Assembly: GCA_001643675.2 (NCBI GenBank)
Contig: LSRY02000004.1
Location: 248,001-312,000 of the forward strand
Origin: Monocercomonoides exilis PA203
Taxonomy: Eukaryota > Protista > Preaxostyla
Direction: 5' to 3'
Length of the DNA: 64,000 nt
A model generated the notes under the pieces. It was given only the letters and a program-made list of their open reading frames with translations, made no database searches and was not told the origin of the DNA. Shown here piece by piece: positions 13,701-26,600 of this stretch (within the stretch, counting starts at the first letter, position 1; each line of letters opens with the position of its first letter). A program made the translations under genes and the position numbers.

Positions 13701-13959
13701 ATGTTTACACGCTTGTAAAAACTGCTGGGTACTCTCTTTTTCAAATCTTTGGAGATTTAAAACAAGCATATTTTCATATTGACTGGCTGAAAGTCCTTTT
13801 TCCCATCCTGCAAGCAATTTTTGAAGTTCATCTTCTTCTTCTGTGCTAAGTGTGAATGAATCTGCGTCAGTCGATCCAATCCTGTGATAGATAATTACAA
13901 AATTAAATTTTTGTTTGTTAACATAAAATACAATGAATGAGATTATGAACTGCAAACAT
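10739..13959 (-). CDS. SEC3: Exocyst subunit Sec3/EXOC1 (~944 aa)
   Basis: Joins ORFs 13086-13955 and 10955-12982 plus a terminal exon. Exons 13959-13958, 13881-13100, 12960-11081 and 10909-10739. N-terminal coiled coil (EEEDELQKLL...NLQRFEKE), Sec3-C-like RLENIHYLWH, DIQFDEKFSKKKF and terminal FAALAKECYGE. The 5' end is the least certain part. Confidence 0.8.
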
Positions 13960-14651
13960 TTGACGCTCTTGGAGCGTTATTTATTTTGTAATAACGTTTG
14001 TTATTATTTATCATTCCATAATAAATTTTTCAATTGAAATTTTTGAATGTCATTTACGATTTGTGGTGAAATTTTTTGCATTTGTTTAATAATAAACATT
14101 TAATGGAAAATTTTTTTGCATTCATATCACAAAATGTCTTGTTTTCTTTGTTTAAAATGAAGGATAAGTTAAAATTTGAGAAAAATACTGGAAAGTGAAG
14201 AATGGAACAATATTCATAAAGAGTGAATTTTTATCTTATCTGGTTTGTATTCAAAAAAATGGAACTGACTCAAACTCTTTGGCATTCATATTTTGAAGAC
14301 GAAAGACGCCTGAAAGCCTCTTCACTTATAAAAACATTAACATGTTGCTATTTTCTTTCTTTCTTTCTTTCCTTTCCTTTTTTTTTTTTTTTTCCTTCAA
14401 AACAGGGAGTTTGCAGTTTCAGAAATTGTTATTAAACAACAAATTCTAACGTATTGACCACAAAATAGAAGAATTTGGGTTGTTGTGGATTGTTTGCTTC
14501 TGGCAGATAATTTGATTAAAGTTTGTACGTTAATGATATTTAAATTTGATATTTTAATTGTCAAAGCCGATTATTGATCGTATGCATAATTATTGTTTCT
14601 TTTTCTTTTGAAGATATTATTTTTCATATTTTTTGTTTTAAAAAAAGGATA

Positions 14652-17600
14652 ATGAAAATTATAGCGCTGTTAATTTTGCTTAAATTTGAATCTACTATTG
14701 CACCAATATCTTGTTTCAGCACACCGCCAAGTACCACACCAGAATACGCCTTTTCTCACTATTCTTGCATTTCCATCATTAAAAATCATGAACAGATTGA
14801 AAAATTCGAAGAAAGAGAACATCAGAAAATTTCATCAATTCAGCCTCGTTCTTTCGCAAACACTTCCAACAACTGTGAAGCATCAAGTGCTCTTTCATCA
14901 TTTATCAGCACAATTAATTCTTCGCTGGATGTGTCACAAACGAATCTTCTTCAACATGGAGATAATGCTCTATTTGCTATTGTGCAAGGTTCAAAGTGCA
15001 CCGTTCGTTGTTGCATGTTGATTTTGTCCAATTGGAATACTGCGCCCTTTTATTCCATATCCAGCTTGCTTGAACTGTCCAACATCTCCATCTCCTGTTT
15101 TGTAAAGCAAAACATCGCTCAAAACAGCATTGCAGAATTGCACAATGAAAGCTCACTCTGTCTGCAGTCTTCTGCGTTTTCTTCTCTTGCCATTCAAACA
15201 ACTTATCCACTTGCTGCTTCGGGAAGCATTGATAAATTGTTAATGATGGGATGCAACTTTCGAAACATTAGCCATTGCAGTCCCAATACCGTTCGCAAAC
15301 AATTTTTCCTGAAGACAAAAGTGAGTTCCGTTGTTGGGTGCGAAATTTCAAAGGTGGAGAATCCATTCTGCTCTGTGCTTGTAATTGGCAAGCCACTATC
15401 GTCATTTGTTTGTCACAACACATCCTTTTTTGCTTGCACAGTAACTGAGCAAAACAGGCAAGTATTTTACAGCTCAGACGGGGACGTTGTGATTGAGCAG
15501 ACAATATTCAATGTTAATGGTAATGATACACATGGAGGAACTGTTTTTGCACGTGAAACGAATTCGTTCACAATGAGAGAGTGCTTCTTTGATAGATGCA
15601 ACAATACCATTACAGATGGATACGGAGGAGCTCTATATTTATACAATGTTGGACCATTGTTAATTCAGAATTGCTCAGCTGAAAAATGTTTCGCTATGTC
15701 AACGGAAGCATTTATGCGAATAGAAAATTTAAATTCTTCCGTCACAATCTCAAATTTAAATGCTTCTCAATGTGATGCTGATCTCCGAGGAATTGGAATT
15801 ATTTATGGATCAACAGCTCCTATTGTTTGTTCAACTTTAAAAATGATTCAAAGCAAAAGCAGGAACGGTGAAGCAGGAGCAATTATGTTGTGCAACACTT
15901 TTTCTTCAATGACTGCCAGTGACTGGCTTGTCAATTCTAACTTTGCTGATACAATTGGAGGCGGAATATATGTAATGAGGGAAGATAGCAAAGCTGTTTA
16001 TGCGCTGCAATTTTCATTTTGCTTTTTTGCTAATAACACAGCACAAATTGGAAACGATATTGCTTTCACAGAAAATTATTATAATCTTATGAACTCATCT
16101 TGTTTCCAATTTTGCTTTTCGTTGAGCGAACAAAACAGAGTTTGGATGTGCACACAAGGGCTTCGCAAGTGCACAAGTGGAGAAGAGCGAAACAATCTAA
16201 CCCCGAATCCATCTGGAACTGTTATTCATGTGGATCCAATGCGAGAGTCTGGAGATGTGGCTGGATGTGGTGATCTTTCAAATGAATGCAGCACACTGGG
16301 CTATTCTTGCGATCACTGGGTAAACTCTTTTCACACATCGATCAAGCTCTATTCTGGAGAATATGCAGAGGCCTCGATTCCACTCGCTTTTCAGAACATA
16401 ATCATCGAAAAGAACACTTCTTCATCGAACATAACAATCCGCACAATACCATCAAGCAGCGCATTTTGCACTCTGATTGGTGGATCATTGGACATGCGCG
16501 GAATGCAGATTGTTCACAATTCGGCATCTTCCTCAGATAAATGCCTATTTGATGAGAACAGCGAGGATTCTGTGCTTGCACTGCATGAATGCACATTGAA
16601 GGCTGATTCAACTTCAGCTGCATTCAACAAACCGTTTTTTGTGCTAACAAAGGGTGAAGCTTCTCTCGAGAGTTGTGAGATATCTTCTGTGCTTTTTGAG
16701 AGCACATCGTTGTTTGCAACAGAGCAGCAGGCGCATCTTGTGCTGAGCAATGTGAAGATATCGATGGTCAGCCGCAGGACAGGCGATGGCTCAGTATTCA
16801 GCAAGGCTATTCAAGCAGAAGAGAACTTTGTGCTTTCGAATGTTTCTTTGGAGAAATGCAAGTGCCTCGACGGAAATGGAGGTGCGCTGTATCTGGAGCT
16901 GAATGCGCACAGCACAGCACAGATTGGGGTGGATTCTGGCTGCTTGTTCGACACATGCACCGTTCCTGCAGACAGCCAGAAGAAGAGGAAAGGTGGGGCA
17001 ATCTATCTTCGCCTGAGAGAAGGTGGAGGAAATTTCCAGCTCAAATCAGTTCAGTTTTTTGGGTGCAACGGCTGGAAAGGGAAAAATGTTTTTATTGAAA
17101 GCGCAGAACTGCTCAGAACAGCAAACGCAAACACAATTGGTTTTCATCCAGTGATTGGGATTGGCATCACAGATTTTGATGATCTGAGCGGGATAGAAAA
17201 TGGGGATCAATCATTTATTTTCCCGCTTGCTCTGTTTCTGAGGAACTTCACTTCTCCTGCTTATGTGTCTGGACAGAGCACTGATAACAACTATCGCCTC
17301 TGCGGATACAGCGACTATCCGTGCCAGAGCGTGGAAGGCGCTTCAGCTGCGCGATTTGCAAACACAAAGAGAAATATTCGCCTTCTGCCTTCCTTCTCCT
17401 TCCGAACAGAAACACTCCTCAACAGTCAATCGTATGCGTTTGACGTTGAGGAAGACAGCACGCCCATCAATGTTGGCTCCTCGCAAGCAAAAGTGAGTGA
17501 GGGGCTTCTGATCAATTCTGTGGAAACAAGTTTCACCAGAATCAAGTTTGTGCTCGAAGCATCTTTGAATGGGAGGAGCGCCTTTATCCTCTCGAATGCC

Positions 17601-20600
17601 AATGTACTTTCGATGACTGACTGCGCGGTTGTGCCAGCTGCTTCGAGTGCTTCTATTTCGTATTGCCTTGCGAAGATCACAAGTGGAAAATTGTTAATAA
17701 CCCGCTTTGCTGCTCCTCTTGCACAGAAGCTGAGTTTTGGCAATGCACCGTTTGTTGCAATCAGCGGAAGCGCCTCTGCAGCTTTCGACACTTTGGATGT
17801 GAATGGAATGACGACCATTGGCAGCGATGGGCTGATATCTGTTGACTCGACAGGCACCACAAACATCAATAACAGCACATTCCACGGCTCAAATATCACC
17901 AGCTCTGCATTTGTCTCCAGCTCCTCAGGAACATATTCGATAACTATAAAGAACACCACTTTCGAAGAGATCAAAAGAACAACAGGAGACGGTTCGTGTG
18001 TGTTTCTGAATACCCGGAGTGGCTTTGCGAGCTCGTTCACGGAAAGCAACTGCACATTCACAGGATGCACAGTGACTGAAAATGGTAAAGGAGGTGGAGC
18101 CATTGCGCTTCACATCAACAGCCAATCAGCACTCACACTCGAGTCGTCTGCATTCACATCGTGCCAGGCACCTAAGCCGAATGCAGGCTCAAAAGGGAAG
18201 GGAGGCGCCATTCTCATCGATTTCTCTGAAGTCAACACTAGATATCTTCTCGCAAATACCCTGATCTTTGCATCAAACGCGGCTGAGCATGGCAATGATT
18301 TGTTTGTGTCCTCTGTCGATCTGGCATCCAGCATCACCACAGCTGCCTTCCAGTTCTTCCGTCAAGATGCACCATTTGCTCCTGAAAGCTGTGCTGGAAC
18401 CGATTCCAAATGGCCGAGTGTTGCCATCCCTCTTGTGTTTTATCTGCTGCCTCGTGAGTCAGCGGTGCATGTGCTTTCAGAAGGAAACGATGTGTCTGCA
18501 TGCGGATTCGCAGGTTATGGGTGTCAGACGATTACCTTTGCACTGACGCAGCGAACAGACAAGTTAGAAGAACTGATTGTGCATCCAGTCTATGCACTCA
18601 GCGAGACAATCACCCTCTCAGGTACCAGCGAGATCACCTTTGAAGGAACAGTGGCAGAAACAAAGATGAGGATGATTGGTGCCCAGACAGGAGCATCAGA
18701 AGCGATGATAAGAATGGAGCAAGCATCAACATGGAAACATCTCGCGTTTTGCCTGCAGCCAACCATCCCCAGCCCTCAATCATCGGTGTTTCTTGTGTGC
18801 AGCGCAAATGCGATGCTCAATCTGGAGGACTGCTCAATACTGGCTGAACGAGGTGAAGAAAAATGCGCTTTTGGGTTTTTGAGTGTTGCTGAAGGCTCGT
18901 TTGCGATGACTCGATTCACGGTGAATTCAATCGGGTTCCAGTCAGCCGAGATGGTGAAAGTGTGCAGAAAAGGGAGTGGATCAATTGACTCATGCACATG
19001 GATAAATATCACATCTGCTGTCGAAACAGGAATCATCGCATACTCATCAGCTGGAACACTGAACATGCACAACACAACAATCAGCCAGTCTGCCTCTTCA
19101 TGCTGCTCATTTGTGGAAGACAAGCATGGCAAAAGTCTGGTTGCTGAAAACAACACTTTTTCAGGGATCTCCAAAAACGAAGGAAATGGAAGCGTGATCA
19201 AGGCAGACATTGGTGAAAACGAGTCACTGGAGCTGAACGATGTCTCAGTTGATAGCTGTTCTTCGGTGAGGGGATGTGGTGGAGGGGTATATATCAGCAC
19301 AAGCTCCTCTGCCAAAATTCGGATTGGCAAAGAAGGCACGGCCACAAGATTTACCAGGTGCAGCGCAAAGGGAACATTGCCAAAATGCGGATTTGGGGGA
19401 GGAGTATTTTTGAAGTGTGCAGATTGGCTGGCTGATCTTGTCCTCACAGCTGTGTCCTTTGGAACCGAAGGTGATAGTACAAGCAATGAAGCAGAGGGAG
19501 GAGGAAGCAATGTGTTTGTTGAGGGATACAGCCTGGACAAAGTCTTCACCAGCCAGTCATTCAAGTTCGATGTCGATAAGGAGTCAACAGCTGAATTTGG
19601 GAAGCTGTGTGGGTTTGAAGATGGGAATGTTTCGTATGCTATTCCTTTGGTTGTGTTTCTGCTGACGTTTGAGCCTCCTGCAATTATAGGAGGAAACACT
19701 GGATTTGACTATCGCATGTGCGGTGTTTCGATATACCCCTGCGCAACAATCCCCTTTGCGATCTCCAAGCGCTTTCCAGCATCCAATTCATCTGGCGCAT
19801 CCATCAGGCTGACAGCAGACTTTTCATTCAAGGATGCTATATCTTTTGACACGCAGCCAACAGAAGTGAGTGCTGAGCAGATTGGAGGCGTGATTGATGT
19901 GAGGAGTGATGGAATGGGAGAATGTGCTGGATTGTTGTGCTCTTCGGTGAATGTGAAGTTCAGTGAAATTGTATTTGGACTGCCAGGCTCATTTGACGAG
20001 CCCTCACGCACTTCTCTGTTTCTGTGCTCATCAGCCACCCTTACCATTCACAGATGCGAGTTTCAAAACAGCAGCAGCTTAGCTGTTGAGTACAGGATCA
20101 TATACGTAACAAGTGGGAAAGTGGAATTGGATGGATGTAAAATGAAGGACTTTACAATGGGAAATGCTGAGATTATTGTACTTGATGGAAACAATGCTGA
20201 ATGTTCGATTGAAGGAATGGAAGCATCAAAGCTGAGCCGAGAAGAAGATGGAGCTATGATTTTGATTACGAGTGGGAAAAAATTGACAATTGAAAACAGC
20301 AGCATCGAAAATTCTACGATGGCTAACAACAACCACATCACAATTAATTCACTGACAAATGGTCTTCTGAAGAATGTGACATTTTCAAATCTGAGCAGAA
20401 CAAATGGGGATGGAGGAGTGATTGTGGGTGAATTGGGTGCTGGCGAGGTATTGGGTGTGGAGAACTGCTCATTCAAGCTGTGTGGATGCTATTCGGCAAG
20501 AACGATTGGAGGGTGTGTGCTGATGGATGTGGAAGAAGGGGGCACATTCCGTTTCGAGAGAAACAAAGTGGAGTTCTGCATTGTGTCCAGCGGAGATGGG

Positions 20601-23600
20601 TTTGGGGGAGGGTTGTTCCTCACGTTTGGCTCTTCCCATCTCGATTACTCGATGAAGAACAACACCTTCGAGAACAACGGAGCATTGCGCGGGAAGGATG
20701 CGTATGTTGTCTGCGAAGAGCCAGGGGCAGCAATCCTTCTGATGTATTGGAATGGGTCAGCTTCTGAAGACACTGCCCCTGACCGCCTGTGGGTGCGCAG
20801 TCTGTCTGAGCCGGCAGATGGAGGTGCCACAATGATCGACTATCTGTTCCCTCCACCGACTTCGTTTGTGTTTGTGGATGGCGGTGCCTCAGCCGTCGAG
20901 AACTGTGGATCGAAGCGGAACCCATGCACCTCAGTGGAGCTGGGCTTTCAGAAAATGGACTCTTCCCGCTCAATCATCCAGCTCGAAGGAAACACTCCCA
21001 TCGATGCTGTTGTGAACAGGCACGGAGTCTCACTCACCATCCAAAGCAATGCCACAACAAAAGCAATAATATTTGGAAGAAATGGAAAGTTCGAGCTGCT
21101 TGAAGGAAGTCGCTCAACCACTCTCACCTTTTCCAGATTGGACTTTGCGCTTCCATCGTCTGCCAATCCTTCGCAAGAAATAGGTTCACTTGTGGAAGTT
21201 AGCATTGGTCAATGCTCATTCTTAGATTGCACATTTGAGCAAGGAAGCAGCAGCAATTCCAACCCTTCGAAATGGATTGTTTCAGGAGGTGGCGGAGTTG
21301 TGCACTTTGACTCCTGCACTTTCAGTGATATTCCATTTCAGACAGCTGGAGTTGTTTTGATTGACAGAGCATCGCTTCTGTTGGAGGCCTGCAGCTTTTC
21401 TTCTATCTCTTCTGATGCACGAAAGGGTTTGATAACTGGAAGCGGGAATTGCGATATAACGCTGAAGGATACAGGATTTGCGAATTGCGAGACGATAAAT
21501 GGACACATATTGGAGATGACTCAACCGAAGTCTATTGAAATCTCAGGGGCATGCACGTTCGAAGGATGCACTTCGACAGAAGGGGATGGAGAGGCTCTTT
21601 ATTATGTTCTGGAGGGAGAAGGATCTTTGGTGATGAACAAAACATCAATTGTGTCTTGTGGGGTGAATGCGGTTAATGGGAGAGGAGGCGGAATCTATCT
21701 CGATTTGAAGGAGAATGCCAATGCCTATTTGTTTTCTGATTTAACATTCAGCGGAAATGAGGCGTTTGAAGGGAAAGACATGTTTGTGAGAAGCGCTGAT
21801 TTGAACGCGTCAATCATTCCATCTCTGTTTGATTTCGAGTATTTTGGAGCAGACGGAGAGATAAAAGTTGATCTGAAAGGAAGAGACGAAACGCATTTTG
21901 TGAGCGTTTCAGCAGATCTGCTGTATTTTTTGGTGAAATATTCTTCGTCGACAATAAGCGTTGGATCGGCTGGAATCGACTTTATCGGGTGTGGAAAGGC
22001 AGAAATTCCATGTCGAACATTGCAGTGGGGTATGAATAATCTGCAGACATCAGAAGATTTGCGGTTGTGTTTTGTTGAAATTCTGGATGAAGTGGCAATA
22101 TGCGAGTGCTATGAATTTGGCCTTTCTCAGCTCAGCATTGGATTGTCGTCTGCAGTTGATTCGCATGCATTTGCCAAACTGTCAATTTCTCAAACAGCAA
22201 GCGGATCGAGCCAATCAATTTTCAGCTTGAACAATTCCCTTTCGTTTTCTTCTGTGCAGTTCCATCTGCCTGCGTTCTTCTCAAATGGACAGTCTTCCGT
22301 TGTTTCATCATCTGACGGATATCTCACCTTTAACTCAACCTCATTCCATTCAAATAGCACTTCTGCGTTGGAATATGTTCTTGTGCTGAGCAAAAGAGGA
22401 AAAGTGGAGCTGTTGAATGTATCTGCTTCTTCGTTGGTGTTTGCATACAGCCCCTTCAGGCTTTCATCTTATGCCACACTTGAAAGTTGCAATTTCTGCA
22501 ACATAAATGCGCCTTCGAACATTGGAGGCGGTGCAATGTCTGTCTGTCTGGAGCGATCAGACCTGCTGCGCGTGAAGAGCTGCCGAGCTGAGCTGTGCAA
22601 ATGCTCCACAGAAAGAGGCAGAGGAGGGTTTTTGCATATCGACTGCTCGAAGTCTGCAGCAGCAAAACCCTTCAGATTCGAAGGCAACATGGCATTCGAA
22701 GCAAACGATGCTCAGCAAGGCAGAAACATGTTTATTGTTTCTGCTGACCTGAACTCTTCCGTTTGTTTGGAAACATTTGCATTCTCGTTCGAAGCGATGA
22801 AAGAAGACAGCAGCGCATTTGTGGGGAAAGAGGAAGAAAGTGAGGTGTGGGATTTGTTCCGATATTTGGTTCCGTATTCGGCGTCAGCAATCTTCCTTTC
22901 TGAAAGTGGAGCTGATGTGATGAGATGTGGAAGCGCAGATGATCCGTGCTGCTCGTTCTGGAAAGGGATGCAGCAGATCAGCAGCGAGGCCTCGCCAAAG
23001 CTCATCTCCATCTCCAAATCCACTGAAGTTACCAACACCTTCACTCTCTCCAACTTCACCATCCAATCAAGCTCATTGGAGGAAGAAGAAAAACAGGAGT
23101 CGATGCTTCTGTTTAGGGAAAAGGCAGGAGAAGTATCAGAGCCGTTTTTGCGATGCACAGCGGAACTGTCCCTAAAGTATGTTTCATTGATCATTGCATC
23201 GAGCTTCGATAATTCTGCTTCGGAAGTGATTTTGAGTGAAAGTGGGATGGTGTCTTTGGGGCAGTGCTGGCTGGGAGCAGAAGTTATGTTGGGAGGGATG
23301 CAAATTAGCAGGTGTAGCTTTATTGTCTGCGTTAGAGGGCAGCTTTCACTTGTTGATGTGGCGATGAAATCAGCGAGGATTGGAAAAAGCGCAATTATTA
23401 CGGGCGCTGGCGTTTGTGAGATCAAGAACTTCACGTGCTTGTTTGTGAACATTTCAGATGGGAGCATTTTTGAGGTTATGGAAGTGGCAGGCTCAGCAAA
23501 GGGGGTGAATGCAAATGAAAAAAGCGAATTGAGGCTGAACTCGTCGGCAATATCATCAGTGAGCAGAACAGGCAACGGGGCATCAGTTATCGATAGCAAA

Positions 23601-26600
23601 AGAGAAAGAGATTTTTGGATTGAGATGGATGGGACTTCAGTGAGCGATTGCAAGGCAGGGCAAAGCCAAAAAGGAGGAGTTGTGTTTGTGAAATTGGGTG
23701 AGGGCGGAAGATTTTCTGTAATGAGATCTACGATGATGCGTTGCTGCTGTTCAGACGAAGGGAAAGGAGGCGTGTTTTACATCGAGGCAATGAGAAGCGG
23801 GGTGCTGGACTTTGTGTTCCAGAGCGTGTCGTTTGCAGGGAACACTGCAAAGGTGGGGAACGATATTTATGTGTCGTGCCAGAACATAACAGCACAGATC
23901 AATGAGACACAGTTCAGGTTTGATCTGCGAGAAGGGGTGTATGTGAGGCAGAATGCGATCTATGGAATCGATGCAACGGATCACATAGCAGATACAAATC
24001 TGATGGACTTTATCACAATCTACCAGGCAGACACGATTGTTGTGTCATCAGTTAGCGGAAAGGGAGGAAAGAATGAGAGGAGGTGTGGCACATATGTACT
24101 GCCTTGCTTGTCACTGGGTTATGCCATTTCGCATGTGACTTCAGATTTTGATTCGCGTCTGATTGTCGACGGAGGGACCTTCATTGAAGAAGAGCTCACG
24201 CTGGATAGACTTCTTCTTGCTGCGCGATCGAAGTCTCAGAGCAATGTAACAATAAATTCCATCGCATCATCAGCCAATGAAGCTGTGATTGCAACTTTGG
24301 AAGCTGTTTCGATAGCGAATCTTTGGTTTATTTTTGAGCAAGATTTTGTATGTTCGCATTCGTCTTTCATTTCTCCTCGTTGTGGAGTGGTTGAGCTGGC
24401 AAACTGCTCGTTTTCATCTGAATCGAGCCTTCCGCTGTTTTCTCTTTTAGACTTCAGCGAGGGGAATGGAACAATAACCTCGTGCTTATTTTCGTCGCTC
24501 ACTCTTCTGTCTTGTGCCATCCATGCATCTTCTTCGTGCTTTGTTTATGTAGCCTCTTCTGAGTTCTGCTTGATGAGTTCAGCTGCAGGAGCAATAGTTT
24601 GTGAGAACAACAAAGAAATCAATGTTGCTCACACGAAGTTTGCAAACAATTCAATTGCCTCATCTTTTACCTCTTCAACAGCAAATCCCTTGACATGTAT
24701 ATCTGCATCTTCAGTTGCGGATGTAATACTTTCAAATTGCTCTTTCTGGGGATTACCACACACGATGGACAGAGGAATTCTGGTAAAGATTTGTGCGTGT
24801 CCGAAAGTTCTGTTTGATCTTTGTGAATTGGAAGGAAATAAGAATTCAGAAGTTTTGGACAACAGCATCTGCAATACAAATGAGCTATGTTCGTGGAATG
24901 GCTCACTTGCAGATGTGCAAAACAGCACCTCTTCGATGAAAGATACCACGATTGCAAGCAGCTCTATAGGAGGAATGAGCGTGTTTGGAGGGAGCATGAT
25001 GATTGAAGATGGAAAATTCATGAACAACAACCCGAAGATAGAAAATTATCAATCAGTTCGGAGAAATATCGTTTGTGCAGGCTCAGGGTTGTTGAAGGTG
25101 GCAAGTGTGAAAGGAGGAGACGGAGTGAAGGAGGGGTCGTCGCTGTGGGTGCTGAATGAAGGATGCACGCTGGGCGGGATAGCAGAAGAAAGAGAATCAG
25201 CGTTTTTCATTCCGGAACTGGAAAGTGTGGAGGCGGAGGAGGATGGGAGTGTGACGAGGCTGAAGTTCGTTGGGCTGCTTCTTGTACCGTGCAATCTGTC
25301 GTTTCGGGTGGTGAAGAGGGTTGGGTCGGAGGCATTGGTGGAGAGATACTCGTTTGAAGAGGGAGGGTTTGTGTCGGAGGCAGAAGTGTTGGGGGCGGTG
25401 CCTTCAAAGACGATTTGTGAGGCAGGAGAGGAGACAGAAGTGTCTGTGTGCATTCTGTTTGGAAATGCAGAGGCACCTTCATCAACAAAAGCATTTGTTT
25501 TGAAGAATGGAAGCGAGCCGAAAGCAAATGGAGACGGAAAAGCTGTTGAAAGTGGAAAAGGATATGGTTCTTCTTCAACTGTGATTATAATTGTGTTGGT
25601 AATAATTCTGTTGATTGTTCTGATAATTTCTGTGATATTCATTGTTCGGTGGAGAAAGCAGAAGAGAAGGACAAAAGAGCTGGAGGTGATTGTGGAAGAC
25701 ACAGTGAGGAAGGATCCGAAGGCGTTTGAGATGGTTACGATGGAGATGTCGCCTGAGGAGCAGTGGCGAAGAGCAGAGAGGGAGGCAGAGAAGAAGAATG
25801 AGGAGAGGATGAAGAAGAGAATATATGATACAAATATGGAGCATTCTGATTCATCAGAGCATCTTCTATCTGAGAGTGGTTCTACTGAATATATTTTGGG
25901 AAAGGACTCAGACAAGATTCCTGAATGGATGTTGGAGAAGGTTGACGAAAAAGAAGAGGAGGAAACAAGAAAGCGAACTCCTTCACCATCCATCTCATCC
26001 ACTTCAACCACTTCAACGACTGATTCAGATTCCACATTTGTTCGAGGGGAGGATCTGTGTCCAACCACCTCGTCGATGTCGAATCTGGTGGATGCGATGG
26101 CCTGCTCTTCTCCTCATGAGAAGCTGATTGTGGATCTGAGGGATTCGCTGTTCATGCTGCTGCATGGGAGGAACAAGACAAAGGAGATGCCGATCGGGTC
26201 GCTGGAGGAGAGAGAAGTGACAGCTGCACAGATCCTGTTCTGGGTGGCGAATCTTGCGCTCCACTCGTTTGATGAGATGGAAAACAAGCTTCAGTCACTT
26301 GCGAATCTGAGTCCGCACATTGTGCTATTCTCCGAACACATGGTGATCTGCATTGTGATGCACTCTGATTTGCTTTCATCTGGTGACAGTTCAGACTCAT
26401 CATCGATCTCTTCGTCGACTGTTGTGACATCTGCCAGTGATGATGATGATAGCGAAGACTCTCTGCCCTCGTCAGCGTTTGAGGATGAGAATGATTTCAA
26501 AAAAGAGTGTCTGAGGTGGATGGCGCCTGAGCTGCTGAGCGGGGCAAAGAAGCAGGCGACGAAGAAGACTGTTGCATTCTCGATCGGGATGATGCTGTGG

